Positions 27,702-36,702 of a DNA stretch of 64,000 nt are shown piece after piece. The DNA is taken from assembly GCF_001194135.2 (NCBI RefSeq), contig NC_068988.1:44150260-44214259 (forward strand). Direction: 5' to 3'. Position numbers and translations under genes: made by a program. The notes below the pieces were generated by a model, which saw only the letters and a list, made by a program, of their open reading frames with translations, ran no database searches and had not been told where the DNA came from. How positions within the stretch are numbered: the first letter of the stretch is position 1; the number at the start of each line of letters is the position of its first letter. This stretch comes from Octopus bimaculoides. Its lineage: Eukaryota.

Positions 27702-30700
27702 TGAAGAGGGAGAGACGGAGAAAAATAGAATTGAAATTCATTTAATGTGACGATTTCAATAAATGAAACACATGTGATTCCAATTTCAAGAATAATGGAA
27801 ATGACTAAACAACGGGTGACATTACCAAGGTCAGTGATACATATTCATTTAGAAACAGCTTATTTAAAATTTTTTTCTCTGATTATATTGTTAATTAATT
27901 AGCCAGCTGTGCTTTGAGAGAAACTCTTTCCTGTACTGATTCTTGTAACAAAGTAGAAGTCATACAATACCATTTGGCTCAGTAGGAAGGGATCACAACA
28001 AAGTGAGACAAAATAGAGAGAGACTTGTAATCACTGCCGCCACCACCACTGCTGCCATCGCCACTATTATCTTTGCAGCCACCATTATCATTATTATTAG
28101 CAACATTTTAATATTGGTTCTTTTTAACAGACAACATAACTTCCTTCTGTAAATTTCAATGTGCTGATTTCTCTTTGAAGACAGATCTTCTTAAGACAGA
28201 TCTTCTTAAGACAGATCTTCTTAAGACAGATCTTCTTAAGACAGACCAAACTAATTCATGCTTAATATCCACGATCCATTTCTATTTCATGTATTAACTA
28301 ACCTACAGCACCAATTCAAACAGCAGTAAATGAACAACAAAGTATAATCTACAAGATACAGCAGTTAAATCTACTTCAGCCATATTCTAATATCTTGAAA
28401 GGTATACTGTACACAAATGTGGAAGTGCATGGCTCAGTGGTTAGAGCATCAGACTCACAATCATGAGGTAATGAGTTCGATTCCTGGACTGAGCTGTATA
28501 TTGTGTTCTTGAGCAAGACACTTTATTTTATGTAGCTCCAGTTCACTCATGTATATAGAAATGAATTGTGATATCACTCACAACAAGCTGTATCGGTCTT
28601 TGCCTTTCCCTTGGATAACATCAGTGACATGGAGAAGAGAGGCTGGTATACATGGGCGAATGCTGGTCTTCCATAAACAATGTTGTCTGGACTTGTGCCT
28701 AGGAGGATAACCTTCTAGGTGCAATCCCATAATCATTCATGACCGAAAGGAGTCTTTACCCTTTACTGTACACGCACACACACACACACACACACTCAGA
28801 CATTGTTAGGTGCACCTGAGCTTCACAGAAGGTTAGTATTTGATAGGCACTGAATTATTTTCTGGCTCTGAAGAGGAAAGACCAGGCTCTGTGATGTAGT
28901 CTTTGTTATGCTGAGAATGTGCGATCACTAGGAGAGATCCAAGGATAGTGGGGCCAAGCATTTGAAGTAGCCAACAGAATTCTAGCTCTCTGCTGTTCAT
29001 GTTGAGGGTGGGAATAATGCTTTCTTGGTACGTGTAGTGATTGGAGATTCATATCACTTCACTGGAAGACGTTTTTGAGGTTTCTATTCAGGGACTTGAT
29101 CTATAGTTGGTGTGAGATGTTTGGATTGATTGTAGAAGACACTAAGATGTAGGAGATTAAGAAAGAATATGAGCATAAAAAGCATTGGTGTGGGTACTGG
29201 CGCCATGTAAAAAGCACTCAGTACACACTGCAGAGTGATGGGCATTAGGAAGGGCATCCAGCCATAGAAATCAAGCCAAAACAGACTATGGAACCTGGTG
29301 CAGCCCCTGGCTTTAACTGCTCCTGAGAAGCCATCCAACCCATGCCAGTATGGAATATAGATGTTAAATGTTGACGATGATGATGAAGAAGAGCGATATC
29401 ATCTGCACAGGATTGGAATGTATGACAGGAGACAGCAAGTAGGCTACTAATTTATAGGAAGAAGAGAGTGAAGAACATAACAGAACTTTGGGGCACACCA
29501 GAGTTGATAGAGTGTGGTTCAGAGACAGCACCATCAGTACATGCTAAGATGGTCCAATCCAACTGACAGTCACCAATTCTAGAGACAAGAGATACATGAA
29601 GCCTAGAGGTAGACAGTCTTTCCAGATTCATATACCATTGTCCTGTGACTATCAGAAAGCAACAATATCTATTTTAACTAGAAATTTCAAATTAAATTCT
29701 TTCTCCAACAAAATGCAAGTGCTTTTGAAAGTTTTTAACTATCTGTCCATTTATTTATATATCTGACTATATGTTTATTTTTCAACCAACTCATTAATAC
29801 CTGCCTGTCAGTCTATTTGTCTCTACTTGAATACCTATATGTATGTTCACCTGCTAATCTGTATGTTGGCTGATGGGTCCATATAGCCTTTCCTTAGTAT
29901 TTCAGTCCTTTCTTTGTCATAAGTATGACTTCTAACTCGGCACCTATTTTATCAACTTAGGATAGACAAAAAATAAAGAAGTCCAGCATTGGGTTTGAAC
30001 TCAGAATGTAAACAATCAAATACTACACAGTATTTGTCTGATGTACTACCAATTCTGTCATCCATCTGTCATTAATCAATTTTATTTGGCCCTTTATCAG
30101 AGAACTAATACACGAAGAATGAGTGACACTTGAATATGAATACTCTGTCAAAAAAAGAAAAAAAAATACCCCCATAAGTTGATGTATGTAACATACCCAG
30201 GCTCATCTGGTACAACTGGTGTAAGGGTTCGACATATCCTGGGAACTTGCTGTATTTCAATGTCATCTTCAGGAAATTGTAAGAGATCTCGGAAGGGATC
30301 TCGGTCAATAGTATCTTGATGCTGTAGCACAAAATCTTCAAATTCAACAGGCGTTATTAATTCTCCGGGTGGCAGCTGACAGGTAAAAAAAAAAAAAAAT
30401 TAAGTCCTCAAGAGAACATCATTAAAATTTAGCACGGACTTAGAAAATAAATGCTTGAAACATTGCCTGTCAAAAGTTTAAATGAATGAAGCTAAAAATA
30501 AGAAATATGTAACAAATAATTTGGTTGTTGTCAAACACTGTAGGCAGCATTTTGAAACAGAAAAGACTAGCAGGCTCATTAATAAGACTTGAGATATTTA
30601 TATACTGCTTACTGGGAGACTGAATTCTCAATTTCATCAAAGAATATCTGCCATTCCATCTTCTCAAAGTAGGTACAATAAATAGCTATTGTTATTTTAC

Positions 30701-32975
30701 CTGTACTATTTTATCTCCAGTAGATAATTAACCACTTACTTTCTACTAGCAGGATAGGCAATTATACTAATGTTTAACAGCAAACAGTCCTACCTAAATT
30801 TGATAGAAGCATCATTCTTCTTCCATCAGTAAGTCTTTTTTCGTTTTCTTTTTTTCTTTTAACTATTTAGTCAAAGAAGGAAGAGCAGCACCCTTTTATC
30901 TTCTCAGGCCCTCTGAGACTTGTGACCTCGTCCAAATGCTTGCAACAAAGTGTACTCTACGAAAAGCACCCAAGATGCCAGACAATGGTGTTACACTAGG
31001 TAGTAGATTAAGTATACCTCAAAAACTCAAAATACAATAACTACAAGGCATTTTTGGTCAATAATCTAATAACTCAAGTTACATTTCTTTCTTTTGATCT
31101 CTTGAAGTATGTAATAAATCAGTTGTCATCCTTTATATATGTTACATATTCATATCAATTCTTTTACTGGTTTCAATCATTGGACAGTGGTTATGCTGGA
31201 GCACCACCTTTAAAGGCATAACCAACTTGGGCAGGAATTTCAACTCAAAACTTTAAAGGATAGAACCAAACAACACAAGGTATTTTTGTCTGATACTATA
31301 GCATTTCTCTGATCCAAACAACAATATAGTCAGGTTGCCTTAGTTCTGCAGACCTGTAGATTAATAAATTCAGATATGGGTTTTGGAGCAATAATGATTA
31401 GAAGATATAGTATTTGAGTTTGGAAAATATGCAATTCCTAATGCAATAGAAAGTATGCACACATACATACACACAAATGCATATCTATATGTCATGTATG
31501 TGTGCATGTGTATGTGTTAAAAGAGATGCCTGAAAATGATGACATGATGATGATGATGAAGACAATGACAGATATTAAATATCTAATGACAAATGTGACA
31601 AAGGGGAAACTAATTTTGGACTGCTAGTCACTTGTCCCACAACAATGTAAAGATATATTATTCACATGACAAACAGACAATAAGGATATTAACAATAACA
31701 ATCTCAATCAAATACAATAATGTGAAGTTATTTTTATAACTATTTTACATTTGTAGTTTTACCAACATGCATCTTTGGCTGTGTGGTTAAAACATTTGCT
31801 TTAGAATTATGAGGTTTTGGGTTGGATACCACTGTATGATACTTTGGGTAGTACTTGTCCTCTACAATAGCCACAAGGTTAACCAAAGCTTTCTACATAG
31901 AAGCTTGCAGGAGGGATCAATCATGTATTTGGCCATAAGACATAAGACTTAATTAAGCGGGATCATTCATGTATTTGGCCTGAAGACTTAATTTAGACTT
32001 GATTCATTGCTTAGGTTAACACTGCCACTTGGCCCATGAACGCTTTCTCTAGTCTGAGAATAATTTCCCTTTCTCTCACAAGTCTTAGAAAATGGTCATG
32101 GGAACATAAGCATATACATAGTTACATCAAAATGGATCATCACCGTTTAACGTCTGCCTTCCATGCTGGCATGGGTAGGAACAATGCATCAATATGAATA
32201 TTTTTAAATAATGTGTCTGACACTTGAGTTGAGACATTCAAGCCAGTGAAGCAATGGTTCTAAACCAGAGTCCATATATGATTCTGTTGTTAACATCTAT
32301 CTGCAATAAATTGGTTATACTTCTACAATACACAAAATATTCTAATAATCATTTTTATACAATTCCTAATAATATTTAATTCTAGAAATATAACTGGATT
32401 TTTTTTTTTTTTTATTAACATCAAATAGCTATGAGGGTCCATGCAAATAAAATAGGAATCAAAGGGGTACATACGTAAAAAAAAATGGTTGAGAAACACT
32501 GCTCGAAAGTAATAATAAACAAAGCATGTATACAATGGCAGTTTACATCACACCAATACTCCACAAGTTAAAAATCTATGTAAAATGCATTGGATGACAA
32601 AGGGAAGATATAAATACTGTGTGTATTTCTGTATGTGTGTGTGTGTGTGTTAAAATGAAACAAGCTGAATTGTATAAACTTTAGTAAAGAAGTGGAAGTT
32701 AGCAGTTAGATGAAAATGAGGTCCCTTCAAAAAACAGACAAATGTTGATTATTAAGTAAATGTCAAAGAAACACAATGCCTGTGTGTTTATGTGCGTTTG
32801 TATATACATATGCACCTCTATGCATATATGCATGTATGTGTGTGTGTGTGTGTGTGCAATGAGAGGGAGAGAGGAAGGGAGACAAAGTCAAGAGAAATAA
32901 AAAGAAATAGGTGATAGAAGAGAAAGCAAAAGAGAAAAATGACAGATGATAGGGGATGAGGAAAGAAAGAATGAG

Positions 32976-33049
<74 letters not shown>

Positions 33050-33326
33050 GTTTGTTTTCTACTTTGTTGTTTGAATGATACTTGAAGTTCTGGCAGTGGC
33101 AATGATGATGGGGAAGCAAAAATTACAGCACAAGCATACGCATATACATATTAATACATACAAGCACACTCCTATATGTAGATACTTTCACGCAGTCATA
33201 AATATATGTAAACATACACAATATTGCATACTCACAACAGCTAGGTTTATTCCACTGGTACTTTTAGGTACATCGTTGGTGATGGCTGGAGAATGGATCT
33301 GCTTTCGAACTTCTGCTGCCCCCTGC
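664..33326 (-). CDS. DOCK7: Dedicator of cytokinesis 7-like (DOCK-C / Zizimin-related GEF), partial: 17 coding exons, N-terminal region through most of the DHR-1 (C2 DOCK-type) domain
   Basis: Manual splice reconstruction: 17 exons with AG/GT boundaries and matching phases, 2128 nt. Peptides match DOCK6/7/8 motifs from memory: [117 protein letters not shown]. The start exon and the 3' exons were not found in the window. The symbol is the usual name for the single invertebrate DOCK6/7/8 orthologue. Confidence 0.95.
1458..1602 (-). CDS. DOCK7: DOCK7-like exon (145 nt), DHR-1: [48 protein letters not shown]
   Basis: ORF track 1419..1649; acceptor ACCATTTCAG, donor GTAAGG. Confidence 0.97.
2282..2352 (-). 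CDS. DOCK7: DOCK7-like exon (71 nt), DHR-1: [23 protein letters not shown]
   Basis: Acceptor TTTATCTTCCCAG, donor GTTAGT; resembles [23 protein letters not shown]. Confidence 0.96.
3229..3510. other. Assembly gap; other gaps at 5757-6085, 12379-12388, 53700-53822, 56722-56922, 57803-57889, 63871-63880
   Basis: N runs, most abutting (TA)n or (GA)n tracts. Confidence 0.99.
3522..3639 (-). CDS. DOCK7: DOCK7-like exon (118 nt), DHR-1 start: [39 protein letters not shown]
   Basis: Acceptor TGTTTTTGCAG, donor GTAAGT just before an N gap; NRQGSARNI motif. Confidence 0.96.
3975..4375 (+). mobile_element. CR1-clade LINE 3' fragment with 3' UTR and (ATT)n tail
   Basis: Plus-strand [55 protein letters not shown] resembles the CR1 C-terminal TRGHxxKL...RxxFFSxRVVxxWNxLPxxVV motif. 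Confidence 0.75.
5073..5244 (-). CDS. DOCK7: DOCK7-like exon (172 nt): [56 protein letters not shown]
   Basis: Acceptor CATATTTCAG, donor GTAAGT; resembles REILEFPARDVYVPNTTYR. Confidence 0.95.
5400..5755. repeat. Unclassified (TA)n-flanked dispersed repeat; young inverted copy at 53387-53690, decayed copy at about 45300-45490
   Basis: ORF-track peptides 5423..5641 (+) and 53435..53902 (-) are nearly identical, reflecting shared DNA; the peptide is not a recognisable protein. Confidence 0.8.
6704..6797 (-). CDS. DOCK7: DOCK7-like exon (94 nt): [31 protein letters not shown]
   Basis: Acceptor ACCATTCTAG, donor GTAGGT; resembles [27 protein letters not shown]. Confidence 0.97.
7615..7814 (-). 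CDS. DOCK7: DOCK7-like exon (200 nt): [66 protein letters not shown]
   Basis: ORF track 7549..7920; acceptor CATTTTCTGCAG, donor GTAAGG; resembles FRPATLTVTNFFKQ. Confidence 0.95.
11340..11548. repeat. Minisatellite, about four units of ~45-50 bp
   Basis: Repeated GCAGACGCAACATGTGCATGCACACACACACxCTCTGGAATCAC. Confidence 0.85.
15520..15848 (+). mobile_element. tRNA-derived SINE, family B
   Basis: A box TGGCTCAGTGGTTAGAG, B box GAGTTCAATTCC; homologous copies at 28421-28765 and 43012-43255 (5' truncated), related head at 25650-25880. Confidence 0.8.
16198..16384 (-). CDS. DOCK7: DOCK7-like exon (187 nt): [62 protein letters not shown]
   Basis: Acceptor ATATTTCAG, donor GTAAGA; [17 protein letters not shown] motif; phase 0/1. 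Confidence 0.97.
17282..17347 (-). CDS. DOCK7: DOCK7-like exon (66 nt): [22 protein letters not shown]
   Basis: Acceptor TCTTTCTTCTTCAG, donor GTAAGA; resembles [18 protein letters not shown]. Confidence 0.96.
18214..18452 (+). mobile_element. tRNA-derived SINE, family A (young copy)
   Basis: GGTGGCGAGCTGGCAG A-box-like head, GAGTTCAAATTCC B box, A-rich tail AAAGAAATAAG; closely similar copy at 52360-52586; many decayed copies. Confidence 0.8.
18611..18760 (-). CDS. DOCK7: DOCK7-like exon (150 nt): [50 protein letters not shown]
   Basis: ORF track 18539..18778; acceptor TTTTGCAG, donor GTATGT. Confidence 0.96.
19659..19725 (-). CDS. DOCK7: DOCK7-like exon (67 nt): [22 protein letters not shown]
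   Basis: Acceptor TTTTTCTCTTTTCAG, donor GTATTT; resembles [21 protein letters not shown]. Confidence 0.96.
20239..20565. mobile_element. hAT (Charlie-like) MITE
   Basis: TIRs CAGCAGTTTTCAAC / GTTGAGAACCCCTG; a related copy at 32252-32501 (CAATGGTTCTAAAC / GTTGAGAAACACTG) shares the subterminal AATCAAAGGGGT(C/A)CATA; TSDs decayed. Confidence 0.65.
21556..21641 (-). CDS. DOCK7: DOCK7-like exon (86 nt): [28 protein letters not shown]
   Basis: Acceptor CTGTTTTTAG, donor GTAATT; resembles PDIPKEHFGQRLLVK. Confidence 0.94.
22643..23054 (-). mobile_element. SINE family C (tRNA-like head, internal TA/GT microsatellite, AAAAGAGT tail)
   Basis: Minus strand GTGGCTGTGTGGTAAG...GGTTCAGTCCCACTG...; copies at 63566-64000, 16840-17222 (+), 39195-39700 (+, interrupted), 21290-21530, 1130-1290. 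Confidence 0.8.
23308..23523 (-). CDS. DOCK7: DOCK7-like exon (216 nt): [72 protein letters not shown]
   Basis: ORF track 23293..23547; acceptor ACATTTCAG, donor GTCAGT; [14 protein letters not shown] motif. Confidence 0.96.
24349..24463 (-). CDS. DOCK7: DOCK7-like exon (115 nt): [38 protein letters not shown]
   Basis: Acceptor TACTTTCAG, donor GTGAGA; open frame and phase 2/0 bridge the flanking exons; weaker homology (QxYEID). Confidence 0.85.
27567..27638 (-). CDS. DOCK7: DOCK7-like exon (72 nt): [23 protein letters not shown]
   Basis: Acceptor CTCTCCAACAG, donor GTAAGC; resembles DPHVRDCIRSY; phase 2/2. Confidence 0.95.
28178..28245. repeat. Perfect 15-bp tandem repeat (AAGACAGATCTTCTT) x4.5
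   Basis: Read directly. Confidence 0.95.
28421..28765 (+). mobile_element. tRNA-derived SINE, family B
   Basis: TGGCTCAGTGGTTAGAGC...GAGTTCGATTCC; collinear with 15520-15848. Confidence 0.8.
30197..30375 (-). CDS. DOCK7: DOCK7-like exon (179 nt): [59 protein letters not shown]
   Basis: Acceptor (T)nACCTGTCAG, donor GTATGT; resembles the DOCK7 PLRDLIEFPPDDIEV...CRTL segment. Confidence 0.95.
32979..33046. repeat. (GT)n microsatellite
   Basis: Read directly. Confidence 0.95.
33236..33326 (-). CDS. DOCK7: DOCK7-like exon (91 nt): G|[30 protein letters not shown]
   Basis: Acceptor TTCCAG, donor GTGAGT; matches the DOCK7 N-terminal AAEVRKQI motif; phase 2 in, phase 0 out. Confidence 0.9.
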
Positions 33327-33542
33327 CTGGAAGGTAATTGATGAAGACGGTTAGCACTGAGGAACTTTGAGATTTTGGATAGCATCAGTGCATGCAACAA
33401 ATGTCCACCACATTCAGGCGGCTCATACAGCCACTTGTGTGGTGGACATAATGTAGAAATAGAGAGAGAGAGAGAGAGAGAGAAAGAGGAAGGAAGTTGA
33501 GAAGTTGACGCAACTGACACTGATGTGTATGTGTGTGGGTGG

Positions 33543-33586
<44 letters not shown>

Positions 33587-35039
33587 AGAAAAAGAGAGAC
33601 GCAGAAGCAGCCACTCTATGTGTACACACACACATACACACAAACAAACAAACAATTTAATCGGCTGCAAAATTACATAAGTGACTCAAAGGCCATGCGT
33701 TTTGGGCATTGCATTTATCAAATCATAAAACTCTCAGCCCTTGAGTCATAAATGATGATGATGAATATAATATATATATATCTATACACACACACACACA
33801 CACTCTTACGTATAGGATCCTATTTGTTCTATTTCTTCTGCTTTGTTTAACACTTTCTCTCCTTTTCTTTATATATATATATATATAAAATTTTGTGTAT
33901 ATATATATATACACAAAATTTTATCGTTATATCTGTCTCTCTATCAATACACAAACATGCATTTATGTTCATACAGATGTACGTAAATATGTGTATTTTT
34001 ACATTTGTTTTCTGAGGTGGGAGGAAAAGACTACCCTCTGTACCCAATTTATGATATTTTTAATGATATGTATGCATGTGAAAAAAACATCTTTTTTTCT
34101 ATTTTTTTTCTTCTTTTTCTGCAGACAACAAAAAGCATTGTAGAACTGTAGAGATGGGATAGGATGGGATGATAGGATTTGGGAAGAGAGACAATACCAA
34201 CCAATTGCATATATCAGAACAGAGGGAGCAAGGAGAACAACAGAAATGAGAGCTTGATAGGTTTATGGTTTTTAAATAAAAGTACTCACACACATACACA
34301 CACACATATGTATCTGCATGCAAGCATGCAAACAAGAATTACATATGTAACCCTTATTTACATAACCCTCATTGTCATATACATATACTCACACATAAAA
34401 TACATACACACATACTAACAGACACACACACACACACACATAATTGTCCACAACTAGCTAATAAGCAGAGAAAGGAAGTGTGATACGTAATTCTATAGGA
34501 ACAGCTGATATGTTGAGTGTGTGTGTGTGTGTGTGTGTGTTATGTGAAGGTGTGTATGCTGGAATACTTGTGTATTGAAGGTGTATCCCTAAAGTGTGTG
34601 TGTGTGTGTATGTTTGAGAGGGTTTGTAAGAGTACATATGATTGTGGCATGTAATAGACGTTGAGCATGTTCATATTAGACACAATGCACGAGCATGTGA
34701 ATGTGTGTTTATTCTGAGTGTGCATACAAACATGTGCTATGCTTATTACAGAAAGGCATTTAATGAAATTATGAGTCATGCGGAAGGCCAGGCTCTATTT
34801 TGTCTCGTGTCAAAATACTTTAAACCTACAGCAAGACGGGAAAAAGAGAAACAATTTCAAGTGCTTCGTAGGATGGGCGACAGTTGATTAAACTGACCAC
34901 ACTAATTGCATCATTATTTAATTCGTGAAACCCAACATAATTAGAACTCCTTAATGCAAAGGGAAATAACTTAATATTGTAAAATACATAGAGTGGCCCT
35001 TTATGCTGACAAACCACTGTCAAGTTTAATAATAATGAT

Positions 35040-35750
35040 AATAATAATAATAATAATTCTTTATACTATAGGCACAAGGCCAACAAGTTTGGGGAAATGA
35101 GCAAGTCAGTTACATTAATCTCAGTACTTGACTAGTACCTTATTTTACTGACCCCTAAAAGATGAAAGGCAAAGCTGACCTTGGTGGAATTTGAACTCAG
35201 AACGTAAAAATGGATGAAATGTTGCCAAGCATCTTGTCTGGTGTGCTAACGATTCTCTCAGCTCGCCGACTTAGTAATAATGATGATGATGATAATGATC
35301 ATCATCATAATAATAATAATAATAATAATCCTTTCTACTAAAGGCACAAAGCCTGAAATTTATGGGGAGGGGACTGGTCGATCACATAGGCCCCAGTGGT
35401 TCACTGGGACTTAATTTATTGACCCTGAAAGGCTAAAAGAATAAAAAGCAAAGTTGACCTCAACAACATTTCAATTTAGAATGTAAAGCTGAAAGGAATG
35501 CTGCTAAACATTTTGTCTGGCATAGTATTCTTTCTAATTTTGGCACAAGGCCAGGAATTTTTTAGTGCAGGAGCAAGTTGATTACATCCACCCAAATACT
35601 TGGCAGGTACTATATTTTATTGACCCCCACCCAAAAGGGTGAAAGATAAATTTGACCCTGGTGGGATTTGAACTCAGAACTTAAAGCATGGGAAGAAATA
35701 CTGCCAAGTATTTTGCTCAACAGACTAACAATTCTGCCAGAGCATCACCT
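35040..35750 (-). mobile_element. Three stacked decayed SINE family A-like copies separated by (AAT)n/(GAT)n tails
   Basis: Repeated GGCACAAGGC...ATTTGAACTCAGAAC...GATTCTGCCAG units at about 35040-35280, 35310-35525 and 35530-35750. Confidence 0.65.
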
Positions 35751-35771
35751 TATATAATAAAAATAATAATA

Positions 35772-35811
<40 letters not shown>

Positions 35812-35812
35812 C

Positions 35813-35853
<41 letters not shown>
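35772..35853. repeat. (ATG)n trinucleotide microsatellite, about 27 units
   Basis: Read directly; source of the poly-M and poly-H ORF artefacts. Confidence 0.95.
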
Positions 35854-35854
<1 letters not shown>

Positions 35855-36482
35855 AGTAATTTCTAACACAATAATGAAAAGAATTTACAAAGTAAAAAAA
35901 AAAAAAAAGTGAAAATAAGTATATAATGCCTACATGAAATGGATGATAGCTGTAGGAAAACACAAAGTATCTGATGAGAGGAATAAATGCTCTGAAAATA
36001 ATAGTAATTTAGGATGATCATAATGGGATGTACAGACAATGTGTCCAGAAAGATTGAACACTGACATACATACATGCATACCACAAAAGTGTGTGTGTGT
36101 GTGCATATTAATTAAATAGTGCTAGGTATATATTTATTAAACATGTTTGTAACTCTGTTTACAAATTTTATATATATATATATGTTAGATCTTACAAATG
36201 GAAGAAATTCTACTCAGTATATAAAGCAGTGTGTGTATACATACATATTATATATACTTACATATATACAGATATGCATACACACACACATAAACATAAG
36301 AGTTTGTAATGCATAAACTGATTACACACCTAATTAAAAAGTTACATATTTTGATTGTGTAAGATTAGGAAAAATGTTTATAAGTGTTTAGTTAAATCTA
36401 AAAAAAAAATATTCTAAACTGACACTAACAATGATTAGATCATAATTTTCAATTGTTGACATAAAAATAATTAAAATTTTAA

Positions 36483-36702
36483 TCCTTTAGCTTTTAAACC
36501 AGCTGTATCCAGCCCAAATATTCTACCTGCTTTATGCTCAAACTGGTCAAATCTGGCCTCTCACACCTACCCTACATTGTTATTCTAAAGATAGTGAATC
36601 ACATCACTGAAATTTCAAAGCTGTGAGAGAAAGTAAGGTTACATGAAAACAATGTGAATAGATAAGTATTGCATTTGACAAAGTAATCTAAATGTCAAAG
36701 GG
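36483..36702. mobile_element. piggyBac-like MITE
   Basis: TTAA at both ends (36479-36482, 36703-36706) with imperfect TIRs TCCTTTAGC/GTCAAAGGG. Homologous copies at 50306-50501 (TTAA both sides, TIR TCCTTTAGCATT/AATGCTAAAGGG), about 46676-46890, 23712-23932 and 63400-63565. Confidence 0.7.

Noticed and set aside
34740-34830. Strong minus-strand acceptor TTTCTCTTTTTCCCGTCTTGCTGTAG
   Set aside because: No good donor or phase-2 open frame follows
35688-36084. ORFs with poly-Met or poly-His
   Set aside because: Translations of an (ATG)n microsatellite
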